From assembly GCA_964016885.1 (NCBI GenBank), contig OZ024743.1:351788001-351852000 (forward strand): a stretch of DNA of 64,000 nucleotides, given 5' to 3'. The position numbers and the translations under genes were made by a program. Source of the stretch: Eledone cirrhosa (taxonomy: Eukaryota). The notes under the pieces were generated by a model. That model worked only from the letters and a program-made list of their open reading frames with translations, did no database searches and had not been told where the DNA came from. This document shows positions 12,213 through 26,887 of this stretch, piece by piece (the first letter of the stretch is position 1; each line of letters begins with the position of its first letter).

Positions 12213-12615
12213 TGAATTACAGAAAGACTACAAGGATGATATACTTTATTGATAAGTCAGAGTTTAAAACCATTGTTGTTAGAGCTTTGGATTAAATGCT
12301 GTGGTATTTGTTCCAAATCTCTGTGTTCTGAGTTCAAATCATGCCACCTTTGCCTTTTATCCTTTTGGTGGTTGATAAATAAAGTATCCAGTTCAGAGTC
12401 AGTGGATTGATGGAATTGCTAAAGATTCTAAGGATGTTTTGTGATGTTTGTTCTGGTTGTATGCATTCTGAGTTCAAATCCCAGTGGAAAAGCAGTGATA
12501 CATCTGCCTGGTGTTGTAATCAGCAGATAGTATCAGCAATGGAAAGACCAACAGAAACATAATTTCCTTAGTCTGATCTGACAATCAGCTCCTTTTCTAT
12601 CTTTAAAAAACTTCA

Positions 12616-12786
12616 TCCTTGTCTCATCCTGTAAATGCTACATAACCTGTTATTCAATTCCTTAACCTCTAAACTTCACTCTTCTGGAATTCTCTCTATT
12701 CCTTGTCTCATCCTGTAAATGCTACATAATCTGTTATTCAATTCCTTAACCTCTAAACTTCACTCTTCTGGAATTCTCTCTATTCC
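12616..12786. repeat. 84-bp tandem duplication inside a LINE-like 3' fragment (about 12500-12904, poly-A ended)
   Basis: TCCTTGTCTCATCCTGTAAATGCTACATAA...CTGGAATTCTCTCTAT repeated at 12616 and 12700 with one mismatch. Confidence 0.85.
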
Positions 12787-13004
12787 GCTAGTCATCAACC
12801 TATAAATATATAAATTGAACAGCATCAATCACATTGATTACCCAGTCTGGGCCGGCTTACACATGTCTGCAGTAGTGCCTCTTCACGCTCAACTAAAAAA
12901 AAAATAATGTAATAATTAAATTCAAATCAATCAATGAAAATTAAATTCAAATCAATCATAAAATACTTATATAATTCCACTTGCCAAGATTATTATTTTT
13001 TCTG

Positions 13005-14265
13005 TATTGTACACTCAAGAAGTTTTTAGATTTTTTTCTTTTCAGGCACTTAACTGACCTATGTAACATTCACTCTAATACATCCTTGATAAGCTAACAT
13101 GCCAAATCTTTTTTTTCCAGGTTGAAGGTTTAGGCTGCTCCATAACTTTAAACACTACCTATCATATACCTCTTGTCACAGCTGACTGGTTCCACAATGC
13201 AGTCAGGGGATGAGGAAAACTTGGAGGCTTGATATGCAATAAAGTTTTGTGTCATGCTCGGCAAAAAAGTTGCAGAAACTTATGAAATAGTCAAAACTGC
13301 TTGCGGACTAAATTTCATGAGCCAGGTGACTGTTTTCTGCTGAAACAAGAGGTTTCAGGAGGGCAGGGAGCAGGTGAGGATGAACGAGAGGTGTGGTAGG
13401 GAAAGGGACATCAGGACACCAAAGTTGGTCAACAAAGTTCATAAATTTCTGGTTGAAGACCGTAAGGACACTATGCTCAGAGAAATTCATAACAATCTGA
13501 ACCTGTTTGTTCCCAGGGTGCTCAATGAAAATCAAAGGCAGAGGGGCATTGATGACAGCAGGGAGGTGGTCAAGTGGATTGCTTCGAATCCAAGTGTCCT
13601 TGAGTCTCTGGTTACCTGTAATGAGAGCTGGGTCTACTTTTATGATCCAGAGACCAAGAGACAGTGGAAACATTCTGACTCCCCAAGACCCAAAAAGGCC
13701 AAGCAAAGCAGGTCCACTGGGAAGCCCATTATTATCTCATTCTTCAACAGCAACGGCATCATCTACATCCATTGGTTCTCCCACAGCCAAAGAATCAACA
13801 AAAAGTACGATGTAGAGGTTTTAAGACAGTTCAGAAAGAGATTTTATCACAAGAGACCAGATCGCTTCAAGTCTGGTCAGTGGCACCTGCATCTGGACAA
13901 TGCTCCCTGCCACAAATCTATCCTGGTGACCAACTACTTGGCCGATATGGGGATGATCAAGACTGTCCCTCATCCTCCCTACAATCCAAACTTAGCCCAT
14001 GTGTCTTCTGGATCTTCCTAAAGCTAAAGGAGAAGCACAGAGGTATCTGCTTTGAAGATGAGGAGGAGATGAAGGAGGCTGTGACAAGTGCTCTGGACAC
14101 CTTCATTTTGGAGGACTACAAGGGGGCCTTCCAAAAGAGGCTGGAGCGCTACAAGTGCATTGGAGTTGGAGGGTCCTACTTTGAGGGAGACTAGAGTTTT
14201 GTGTTGATCTGAGTTAAATAAGTGTTTCTCTGATAAAAGTCTTAAAACCTCTTGAGTGTACCTTG
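13005..14265 (+). mobile_element. Mariner (Tc1/mariner) DNA transposon, decayed
   Basis: Transposase remnants TCNESW (TGDESW), HLDNAPCH, HPPYNPNLA, GGSYFEGD*. Imperfect TIRs GTACACTCAAGAAGTTTT / AAAACCTCTTGAGTGTAC; TA at 14266-14267. Confidence 0.88.
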
Positions 14266-16007
14266 TAAAATGCAAACTTGATAGTCATTTGTCTTTTTTC
14301 TGGAGCTAATGTTATTGTTTTACTGAACAATGTTCACCACACTATTTCTTTTAGGTAGCTTAGTGGAGTAATTGATATTATTCACAAAGCATTAATACCA
14401 TTTAGCAGTTGAAGCTGAGCATTTTGGGAAATATCTGCTAAAGATAACAGTTATTCTTTATTTTGTATCCGTCATTAAATTGTGGTCATACTGCGGCATT
14501 GCTTTTGAGGAATTTAGTCAATCATATCAACCCCAGTACTTATTTTATTAATTTCTTTTTTGTTGAACCACTAAGTTATGGAACATAAACAAACAGTAAA
14601 TGTAAACACAAACACGGACACACACATGCACACATATATTTATGTGACGAATTTCACTCAGATGGCATTAGTCAACTCGAGGTTATAGTAGAGGTCCAAG
14701 GTCTTATAGTGGGACCAAACTATGTGGTTGCTAAGCAAATTCCTTAACTCCACAGCCTGTACCTTTAAATATGTGTTGCCACAGTTTATTTTCAAATTTG
14801 TAGAATATGTAAGAATACAGAAAAAAAAAAAAATAGATATGAAATATAATTTAAAAAAATAAATAAATAAATTTAAAAAAAATTAAAAATTATACTCTTA
14901 ATTTGAAGATTGGATGAAAAAACCCATCTCTTATCTAACAACCACATACTAATTAATCAGTTCTGTAACAAATATTATTATGTGTGTTTGAATGAATGGA
15001 TCTTCTATCAGTTTTAAAGCTGAGTGCTTCCATTGTTTGATCAATGGAACTGCCAACTCATTGAATTATCATATAAGTGGCTGAGTATTTCATTTAATTA
15101 CTATATTTATAATGAAATACCAGTGCTTCAATTAATTTTGAAAATCATAAAAATTTGGAGGAATTTAATAAAATAATTAACCTTCTCATTATCAAACTGA
15201 TGTTTAGAACATTAAATACTTAACAATTTTTTTTTTTTTATTTGATTGCAGGTGTTAATATAAATACAAATATTTTAAAATAGGGTGTTTTGTATCAAAA
15301 GACCAGGCAGTTTCAGGCAGTTCGGTATAAAAAATCAATGTAATCTTCAGGCAGAACCAGCATATTTCATTGTGCCAAATATGGCCCTTTGAATTATAGG
15401 TGCATTCCATTTGTCAGTTTTCCAAATAGGTTCGATCTTCCCAATTTCACTCGCATGACTTGGATCAAACCAAGATTTTGCTAGAAAACACCTGCCTAAG
15501 ATACCACACAGTTGGGATTGAACCTTAGACATTATTATGTTTAGAAAACAAGCTTCTTAATTTGGCCAGTCCTACATTCATGTACTATGCTTACTGACAT
15601 TGGAAACTATCTTAAGTTCACAATAGAGTTTTTTTTAGGCAAATATATTATGCTGTTACTAGTCTACATGGCAATACTCAGTGGTTACTCAGAAGATACC
15701 TTAGACTGCTTATGCTATCATATTCAGAGCCTATTCGAAATGGAAGGGGGATCTACTGGTACATCAGTGTGGGTCCCAGAGTGTGCAGGAGGGGGTCCAA
15801 AAACAGCCCTCCCCACAGAGAAAACCTTTCAGCCCTTTTGTATTTTGGAAGGAATCTTGTTCTACCTTGTAAAATTTCTCCTGAAAGACCTATTCCATCA
15901 TATTCTCCAATATTTACTGTATATCAGCCAATATAAAGCTGTACTCAAGTCTAAAAGATAATCATTAGGATTAGCCAGTTCATTAATATAATAATTATTT
16001 TATTTAA

Positions 16008-16987
16008 ATAGTAGACACTTTTCGTTACCTGGGTGACGAAATCAGCAGTGGAGGAGGGTGTTCTGAAAGTACAGTAGCCAGGGTCAGAACGGGATGGAAA
16101 AAGTTCAGAGAGCTTATACCGCTGTTGGCCACAAAAGGTTTCTCTCTAAAAATGAAAGCAGATTCTATGATGCTTGTATACAAACAGCAATGCTACATGA
16201 CAGTGAGACATGGGCATTACGTGCAGAGGACCTGCGCAGACTGGAAAGGAACGAAGCATGCATGCTCCGTTGGATGTGAAATAGTAATATACGTGAACGG
16301 CAAAGCATAAATGAACTAATTGAGAAATTAGGTAAAAGAGGTATCAGATGCTGGTTACTCGAGAGAAGACTACGTTGGTATGGCCACGTGATGCGCATGA
16401 AAGATGACAGCTGTATAAAAAAGTGCAAGTCGATCAAAATTGATGGTAGTTAAGGAGAAGGTAGACCCAGAAAAACCTGGAACGATCTAATAAATTCCGA
16501 CCTTACACACTTGCACCTCTCTAAGACAATGTCACTGGACCTCTACGCAGTAATACAGAAGACCTGCCTTGCCTATGTACAAAGCGAAACCTACAGTCAG
16601 TAAGCACCTCTTAACCAAATATACACCACAATCCACTACCCCTACGCTATCCTCCCACTCCCACCAACACCTCTCTGTAAAGTTGGTACCACAACATCCA
16701 GTCCAAATAAATGAGATAATGAGATCGAGATCGTGTAGGTGTCACGACAAAAAACACACAGTCCACGCTGTAATGTGGCCGTGTAGGTAACACGGTAAAA
16801 AGTTCCCAGTTCCACACTGTAAATGTGGTTGGTGTTAGGAAGGGCATCCAGCCGTAGAAAACCTTCCAGATAGTCCTATATGAGCGAGACACGGTCACCC
16901 GACCAACCTTGACTCAAATTGGGACAACTCCCATCTAACCCATGCTAGCATGGAAAATGGACGTTAAACGATGATGATGATGATGAT
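16008..16987 (+). mobile_element. 5'-truncated RTE-type LINE, PHD-in-RT family
   Basis: IVDTFRYLGD...RVRTGWKKFREL...RRLRWYGHVMRM...GRPRKTW, shared 3' UTR and (GAT)n tail. Confidence 0.9.
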
Positions 16988-17118
16988 CCTGTCTGATAGG
17001 ATTGGTTTGGGTGAAATATACTGGTTTCAGAAAATAATGTGTGGGACTACAATTATGATGATAAGCTGAACGAGTGTGATGCTGATGTTGTTTATGATGA
17101 TTATGAAAGTCTTGTTGA

Positions 17119-18545
<1,427 letters not shown>

Positions 18546-18718
18546 TGTATCATCATCATCATCATCATCATCATCATTTTACGTCCGCTTTCCCTGCTTA
18601 CAAGGGTGGGACGGGAACTGATTCTGGCTTGATTTCTACAGTTGGATGCCCTTCCTAACACCAACCTCATTTACATGTATATATATATATATAACATAGT
18701 ATATATATATATTACATA

Positions 18719-18788
<70 letters not shown>

Positions 18789-18799
18789 ATAACAATATG

Positions 18800-21088
18800 T
18801 CATCATCATCATCATCGTTTAACGTCTATCTTCCACGCTAGCATGGGTTTAGACGGGAATTGTCCCACTTGAGGCAAGATTGTTTGTCTTGCTCGTATCG
18901 GACTGTCTGGCAGGTTTTCTACGGCTGGATGCCCTTCCTAACACCAACCACGTTTACAGTGTGGACTGGGAGGTTTTTACTGTGTTACCTACACGGCCAC
19001 ATTACAGTGTGGACTGTTTTTTTTTGTCGTGACACCTACATGACCTCATTTATTTAGGACTGGATGTTGTCGTACCAACATAACTTTACAGAGAAAGGGG
19101 TGGTGTAGATGGGGGTGGGGGTAGTGGGATGGGGGTGTATTTTTTGTTAAGAGGTGCCTACTGACTGTAGGTTTTACTTTGTACTTAGGCAAGGCGGATC
19201 TTCTGTATTACTGCGTAGCACCAAAGATCTCGGTCCAGTGACATAGTCTTAGAGAGGTGTAAGTGTGTAAGGTCGGAATTTATCAAATCGTCCCAGGTTT
19301 TTCTGGGTCTGCCTACTCCATAGCTTCCATCTATTTTGATCGCCCCGCACTTTTTTATACAGCTGTCATCTTTCATGCGCATCACGTGACCATACCAACG
19401 TAGTCTTCTCTCGAGTAAACAACATCTGATCCTAATTTCTTACTTAGTTCATTTATGCTTTGCCGTTCACGTATATTACTATTACACATCCAACGGACCA
19501 TGCAAGCTTCATTCCTCTCCAGTCTGCATATATCCTCTGCACACAATGCCCAGGTCTCACTGCCATGTAACATTGCTGTTCGTATGCAGGCATCATACAG
19601 TCTACCTTTCATTTTTAGAGAGAAACCTTTTGTGGCCAATAGTGGTATAAGCTCTCTGAACTTTTTCCATCCCGTTCTGACTCTGGCTACTGTACTTTCA
19701 GAGCACCCTCCACCACTGCTGATTTTGTCACCCAGGTAATGGAAGGTGTCCACTATTTTATTAGAACCATTTGGGCAATGGAAGGAGCTAGTATCCTGTG
19801 GGCACTTGCTACTACTTATTGCACCTGAGCACCAGCCACATATAAAATCTATGTTCTTAGTTAGCTTACCTGTGATCCCACTACATCTTTTATGCACCCA
19901 TACTTTGCATAAAATGGAGTTTCTGCCTACTCCTTTCCTACACACTGAGCATGGCTATTTCCCAGAGGGAACCAGTGCCCTATTTTCCTTCCTACATACT
20001 AGAACTTTAGTCTTAGACAAGTTAATTCAAGGCCTTTTGATTCTAGGCCATGCTTCCATGTTTGGAATTTCTTCTCTAGTTCAGCCATTGATTCAGCTAT
20101 GAGCGTTAGATCATCTGCATATAGAAGTTCCTATGGGCAGCCAGTCTTGAACTCCTCTGTTATAGCCTGAAGGGCAATAATAAATAGGAGCCCTGATGAA
20201 TACCAACTTTTACGCTAAATTCTTCACTATATCCGTTGTTAATTCTAACCTTGCTGACTGTTTCTTTATACATGGCTTGTATAGCTCTCACAAGCCATTC
20301 ATCAACACCTAGTTTTCTAAGAGCCCACCAGATAATGAGTGGGGGACTCTGTCAAAGGCTTTCTCCAAGTCAACAAAAGCTAAGTAAAGGGGTTTACTTT
20401 TAGCTAGGTACTTCTGTAGTTGTCATACAAGGAAAAGAGCGTCTGTGGTACTTTTACCTGACACAAACCCGAACTGCATTTCATCTAGATCAATTCGCTC
20501 TCTGATTAGTTGCGCTATAACTCTTTCTGTGACCTTCATGACCTGGTCAATTAATTTATTGTCTATAGTTTCCCCTATCTAGGGCATCTCCTGTACCCTT
20601 AGCAGTTAATGATGATGCTGCTACGCCAGTCATTTGGTATGACCCCATTCTGTATGACTTGGTTTACTATCCGGGTGACCATAGTGTGTCCCACCAATCC
20701 AGATGCTTTCAGCATTTCAGCAACTATCTCCGAAGGCCCAGCTGCCTTACCTGTCTTCATATCTTTGATTGCCTTACTTATTATACTACCTTCAACTTGC
20801 ACTGCTGGTCCCTCTATTGGATCAATGTGGGGCAGACTATCTTTGTCCCATTTATTCTCCTCATTTAGTAGCCTCTCATAGTAACACTTCCAAGCTACCT
20901 TCTTATCAGTATCAGTGATGGCAAGTACACCATCATCATTACGGACACTCTTCTCCCCGACAATATCACGGTTTTCTTTGACACATTGTCTAGCAATCCT
21001 GAACACCTCACGTTTTTGGTCCTCGCATTGTAGAACATGCTTGAACTTTCTTTCCTCTGCTTCCTTTCTTACAAAGTACACTTGTCTC
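18800..21088 (-). mobile_element. 5'-truncated RTE-type LINE, PHD-in-RT family (longest copy)
   Basis: ORF fragments 20599-21090 (KAAGPSEIVAEML, IPNDW), AFVDLEKAFDRVP, LYADD, 19382-19945 and 19185-19385; (CAT)n tail at 18800. Confidence 0.92.
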
Positions 21089-21141
21089 ATATATATATAT
21101 ATATATTACATAATATATATAATATATATATATTTCATAAT

Positions 21142-22690
21142 ATGAATGGCTTGTGAGGGCTATACAAGCCATGTATAAAGAAACAGTCAGCAAGGTTAGA
21201 ATTAACAACGAATATAGTGAAGAGTTTAGCGTAAAAGTTGGCGTCCATCAGGGCTCTGTTCTCAGCCCCCTACTATTTATTATTGCCCTTCAGGCTATAA
21301 CAGAGGAGTTCAAGACAGGCTGCCCATGGGAACTCCTATACGCAGACGACCTGATACTCATAGCGGAATCAATGGCCGAGCTAGAGAAGAAATTCCAAAC
21401 ATGGAAGCACGGCCTAGAGTCAAAAGGACTTAAAATTAACCTGGCTAAGACCAAAGTTCTAGTTTGTAGGAAAGAAAACAAGGCGGCGGTCCCTTCTGGG
21501 AAATGGTCGTGCTCGGTGTGTAGGAAAGGCGTAGGTAGAAACTCCATTTTATGTCCTAAATGCAAAGTATGGGTGCATAAAAGATGTAGTGGGATCACAG
21601 GTAAGCTAACTAAGAACATAGATTTTACATGTGGCCGGTGTTCTGGTGCAATAAGTAGCAGCAAGTGCCCACAAAATACTAGCTCTTTCAATTGCGCAGA
21701 GGGTTCTATAGAAATAGTGGACAGCTTCCGTTACCTGGGCGATAAAATCAGCAGTGGAGGAGGGTGCTCTGAAAGTACTGTAGCTAGAGTCAGAACTGGT
21801 TGGAAAAAGTTCAGAGAGCTTATACCACTATTAGCTGCTAAAGGGTTCTCCCTAAAAATGAAAGGCAGGTTGTACGATGCCTGCATACGAACAGCAATGC
21901 TGCATGGCAGTGAGACCTGGGCATTGTGTGCAGAGGATATACGCAGACTAGAGAGGAACGAAGCTTGCATGGTCCGCTGGATGTGTAACAGTAATATACG
22001 TGAACGGCAAAGCATAAACGAACTAAGGAAAAAATTAGAGATAAGAGGGATCAGATGTTGTTTACTCGAGAGAAGGCTACGTTGGTATGGACACGTGATG
22101 CGCATGAAAGTCGATAGCTGTATAACAAAGTGCAGGGCAATAAAGATAGACGGTAGTCACGGAATAGGCAGACCTAGAAAAACCTGGGACGAGCTGATAA
22201 ACTCCGACATCACACACTTACACCTCTCCAAGACAATGTCACTGGACCGAGACCTTTGGCGGTACTCAGTAACAGAGAAGACCCGCCTTACCTAAATATA
22301 TAGTAAAACCTACTCCAGCCAGTAGGCATCTCTAACAAAATACACCCCGTCCCACCACCACCACCCCCACCCCATCCACACCACCCCGTTCTATGTAAAG
22401 TTATGTTGGTGCCGCGCCATCGAGGCCGAAACAAATGAGATCGTGTAGGTGTCACGACAAAAAAACACACAGTCCACGCTGTAATGTGGCCGTGTAGGCA
22501 ACACGGTAAAAACCTCCCAGACCCACACTGTAAATGTGGTTGGTGTTAGGAAGGGCATCCAACTGTAGAAAACCTGCCAGACTGTCCTATGCGAGCAAGA
22601 CAATCACTCTTGCCTCAAGTGGGACTACCCCCGTCCAAACCCATGCAAGCGTGGAACACGGACGTTAAACGTTAATGATGATGATGATCA
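21142..22690 (+). mobile_element. 5'-truncated RTE-type LINE, PHD-in-RT family, with an uninterrupted 380-aa ORF
   Basis: ORF 21153-22295: GVHQGSVLSPLLF, LYADD, C-x2-C...C-x2-C-x4-H-x2-C...C-x2-C insert, FRYLGD. (GAT)n tail. Confidence 0.95.
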
Positions 22691-22691
22691 T

Positions 22692-22729
<38 letters not shown>

Positions 22730-22749
22730 CATTTATAATAATAATGATT

Positions 22750-22940
22750 TCTACTGCAGGCACAAAGTCAGCAATTTGGGGGGAAGGGGAAAGTGTGTTA
22801 CTAGTACTTTATTTTATCGACCCTATAAGGATGACAGGCAAAGCTAACCTTGGCAGGATTTGAACTCAGAACGTAAAGGGACATAACTATGCTGCAAAGT
22901 ATGGTGTCTGATGCTCTACCGGTACTGCCAATCCACCAAT
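22750..22940 (-). mobile_element. tRNA-like SINE, minus strand
   Basis: Reverse complement of the GAGTTCAAATCC..CTTTGCC..TCATCC..GGGTCGATAAAATAAAGTAC consensus seen at 63789-64000. Confidence 0.8.
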
Positions 22941-23342
22941 AATAATAAATTACAAAAGCTAGATTTTCATAACTTCTTTTATTACACAATTAACTATAAT
23001 ACGCACATATGCATTTCTGTGGGGCCATCATTATGTCATGATGCTATAACGCAATTATTGACACGACATCTTCAGACAGCCTCTTTGGTAATAAATTTAA
23101 TCCTGCAATCCATTTCTAGGGCACTGCAACATATTGATGTGGAGACAGACATGCTTTTGATGTTGTTATTCCAAATATCACTGCCTTAGAAATGGCTTAC
23201 ATGATTAAATGTATTGTCTAAGAGGCTGTCTGAAGAAACCATGTCAAGAATTGTGTCATGACGTAATGTTGGCACCACAGAAATGCATATTATGTAATAA
23301 AAGAAGTTTTGGAAATCTAGCATTCGTATTTTATTATTACTG
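22940..23342. mobile_element. Fold-back MITE with imperfect inverted arms of about 160-190 bp
   Basis: About 22940-23122 (TCTTCAGACAGCCTCTT, CATTTCTA) is complementary to about 23183-23342 (TAGAAATG, AAGAGGCTGTCTGAAGA). Right end CTG-TA. Confidence 0.7.
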
Positions 23343-23492
23343 TATGTAAACTCCATCCTGTATTGCCCATGCATTACCACATCATAATTTGGAAGGATAC
23401 ATAAGTTGAGTGCTTTTTTCCTTAAAATACCATGGTTTGTTGAGTAACATAATCACAGCCCCAGCTACTAATTTGTAAACACTCTACAACAG

Positions 23493-23538
<46 letters not shown>

Positions 23539-23540
<2 letters not shown>

Positions 23541-23638
23541 TTGGTGTCCCGAAAAATGTATACACACTTTGATTACCTGTACAGGCAATATTTATTAGAA
23601 TGCTGTTGAAGTGTATATACATTTTTGGGGGCACCCTG
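23539..23638. mobile_element. About 100-bp Tc1-like MITE in a TA run
   Basis: TIRs GGTGTCCCGAAAAATGTATACACACTT / AAGTGTATATACATTTTTGGGGGCACC, flanked by TA. Confidence 0.75.
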
Positions 23639-23656
23639 TACATATATATATATATA

Positions 23657-24150
23657 TAAAAAAGTGCAGAGCAATGAAAATTGATAGAAGCTACGGAGTG
23701 GGTAGACCAAGAAAAACCTGGGGTGAGGTGATAAAAACTGACCTTGCTCACTTACACCTCTCTAAGACAATGTCACTGGATCGAGATCTTTGGTACCATG
23801 CAGTTGTACAGAAGACTCACCTTCCCTTGCATACAAACCTATAGTCAATAGGCACCTCTTAACCCAATGTACACCCCACTCCACACACCCTACCCAATCC
23901 ACTGTGTTGGTGACACAACAAAAAGCACCCAGTCCACACTGTAAAGTGATCATGTAGGAAACACGGTAAAAAGGCTTCCAGTCCACACTGCATATGTGGC
24001 TGGTGTTAGGAAGGGCATTGAGCAATAGAAAACCTGCCAGAGACACTTCTGTACGAGCAGACACGATCTCCCGACCAATCCTGCATCAAATGGAACAAAA
24101 CCGTCTAACCCATGCTAGCGCGGAAGATGGACATTAAACGATGATGATGA
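23657..24150 (+). mobile_element. 3' fragment of the PHD-in-RT RTE family; a 3' UTR-only piece follows at about 24480-24920
   Basis: KKCRAMKID..GVGRPRKTW..LHLSKTMSLDRDLW, shared 3' UTR and (GAT)n tail. Confidence 0.85.
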
Positions 24151-25292
24151 TATATATATGTGTGTGTGTGTGTGTTCAGTAGAAGTTGTTTTGGTAAAAA
24201 CAGGAGTAAGCAGGAGAAAACTCTCTACATTCATAGTGTGTAGTTATGATGGAGATTCAGAATAAGAAAAACATTAAGAAAAAGAACATTTCTCTTGATG
24301 TTATTCTTGTATGTATATATATATATATTCTTACCTTGAACCACATACACTAGAAAAAAAACCCCCCACTATATATGCAAACATGCTGCTTGAGATATAC
24401 CAACACACATTTTATAGTAGTTTCAATGTTGGAATAAGTGTGGTATATAATAAGTGTTGAAGCAGAAATCTGATATGCATCACCTTATAACACCCAACCC
24501 ACACCCTAACACCCCTCTCACTCACATCCTTAGATCTTCTTCACCAATCCCCATGCACCTCCCCCATACAGGTCACCAGCTGACACTGTAAAGTGGTTGT
24601 TTTGGTGCCACAACAAAACATGCCCAGCTTACACAGTGTAGGTGTCACGACAAAAAGCGCTTAACACACACTTTAAAGTGGTTGGTTGAGCCCACGCTGT
24701 AAAGTGGTCATGTAGGTGTCATGACAAAAAGTAACAAACACACACTGTAAATTTTATTGGAGTTTGGAAGGCATCCAGCCATAGAAAACAAGTCAAAATC
24801 AGTTCTGTATGAGCAAGGCATGGTCATCGGACCTGGCTTGTCTCACAACAGGGCAACTTGTCTAATCCATGCTAGTGTGGAAAAATGGACGTTAAATGGT
24901 GATGATGATGATGATGATGATATATATATATATATATAATGGATATAGTCCCAGTAGTATTGCTTACTATGTTGTAATTCTTCTTCTTTGCCCATTTATT
25001 CCTGCGAGGGCTGTGGAGGCAGAGTCCTCAAACACTTCCAGTAGGTGCTGTCAGAAGCAACTGATCCGGCTGGATCCCCAAGCAAGACCAGCCAACCTCA
25101 TTAATTTTTTCTAACAATCTTGCTTGGGTTCTGTCCCTGGATCTCCTGCCAGTTGGTTTTGTATCAGAGCTGTGATCTCTCAATTTGGAGAAGTAGCAGC
25201 TCTACCTGGTATAACTCTAAATATAAAATTTGGAGACCTTGCACGGTTAGTTGTCTGTCTTAATTTTTTTTAATGCTTTTCATTTCTAATAG

Positions 25293-25451
25293 TTGGAAGA
25301 AATTGTTGACAAGACCCTTAAAAGTTATGACATTGGTGTTGATAAATTCTTGGAGGAAATGGACCAAAGTATTGCAGCCCACCGTCAACTGTTTGACTCC
25401 TATACTCAATGCTATTCTGGCTTGGAAGATTGGGAAAGCATCAAATCAAAG
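25293..25451 (+). CDS. RNF32: RNF32 exon (linker between the RING domains)
   Basis: aatAG|TTGGAA...TCAAAG|GTgagt, 159 nt, LEEIVDKTLKSYDIGVDKFLEEMDQSIAAHRQLFDSY...EDWESIKSK. Confidence 0.88.
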
Positions 25452-26186
25452 GTGAGTAGAACATTAACCCATTTAATACCAGATTGCCTGAAGCTGCCCC
25501 TGGTTCTATAATATAAAACTTTGTTTTAAGATGTTTATATCTATCTAAAAACATTCCATCATAATTTTGTGTAAGAAGCTTTGTTATGTTATGTTCTAAA
25601 CACAGTTTAATAATAAGAAATTAAGTTATATTACTAAATCACTCCAAATTCTTGATTATTTTCAAAATTATTTGAAAATCGTAGACAGTGTCTGTCTTTC
25701 ATTACAAATATGATAACAAAATGGTTAACAAAATAATTTGAAGTTATAAAAGTTCTAGCAAAGAATATATTTTTAAAAAATTGAAATTTTTGGAAAGATA
25801 TTTTAAAAATAAAATTTTAAAAGAATAAAAGAACACAGTAACCTCAAATAAGTTTTACAAATAACCATTGAATTATATGGTGGTGATCCAGTACATATAA
25901 TAATATCCCTATGTCCCCAGAAAAGTTAATCTATCAATGTTTGTTTCATCAATCATGAAAGTATGACAAATAGAATCAATTATTTAATATTTTCTAGATT
26001 CATCCATTTACTAGTTGTATTGTCTTAAAGAGATTGGTCATTACAAGCTGCATTCATGTAGGAATTGAGCTTAGCACTCCAACTACTTCACTTTTTCCTT
26101 TTAGGCTAACACACTATCAACTCAACCAGTTACAACTTTCTATTAAAGTGTATGCCATCATGTAGTAAACTAATAAATTTTAATTA

Positions 26187-26353
26187 CCGTATTTCCTGGC
26201 GCCAAAGACTTTTGTTCTCGAGGACGCCCCCTAATTTTGACAACCAAAAATTAAAAAAAAAATAATAAACAACCTTCGGCCTCCAGGATGCATGGTAGAT
26301 TTTTGGGACTTATTTTAGGAAAAAAGTAGTGTCTTCAATGCCGGAAAATACGG
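26187..26353. mobile_element. Pogo/Tigger-like MITE; a second copy at about 45566-46000 is interrupted by SINEs
   Basis: TA-CCGTATTTCCTGGC ... GCCGGAAAATACGG-TA; interior shared in reverse orientation with 45566-46000. Confidence 0.8.
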
Positions 26354-26887
26354 TATTTAAAATTACATCCTTAATGATGGAAACAGTAATTATCTAAACA
26401 ACTAATTCCAGTTAAAAAAGGACAAAATTAATTAAATATGGAAAGCAGTAGGAACCATTGGAATAAACCTCCATTAGTTTTGATGAGTGTTCCAGTTGTT
26501 CAAGCAATGGAACATGAAATTAACGTATAAATAGCTGAGCATTCCACAGACACATATACCATTAATAAAATTGTTAGGGATATCCAGTGTGACAGTATAT
26601 GACGAGGTTGGCTCATTGAATTACACGTACAATCCATCTGAGAGGCTTCCAAACAATCTCCATCTACCCAATTTTACTCGCAAGTCAAAGGCCAATCCAA
26701 GTCTATAGTAAATGACACTTGTCTTAGAGGCCACATAGTCGTATTGAACCTGGGACCTAATGATTGCAAAGCAAACTTCTCAATTATTCAACTATGCTGC
26801 ATCCACTAGTGGGGGGACATTAACTATTTAATCATTATAAGAAAACACAAAGGTCATGAGACAACCATTTTCTGTTAACTTTGACAG

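Noticed and set aside
18800-22690. Single LINE with a twin-priming inversion
   Set aside because: The two parts overlap in element coordinates and each has its own 3' tail, so they are two insertions.
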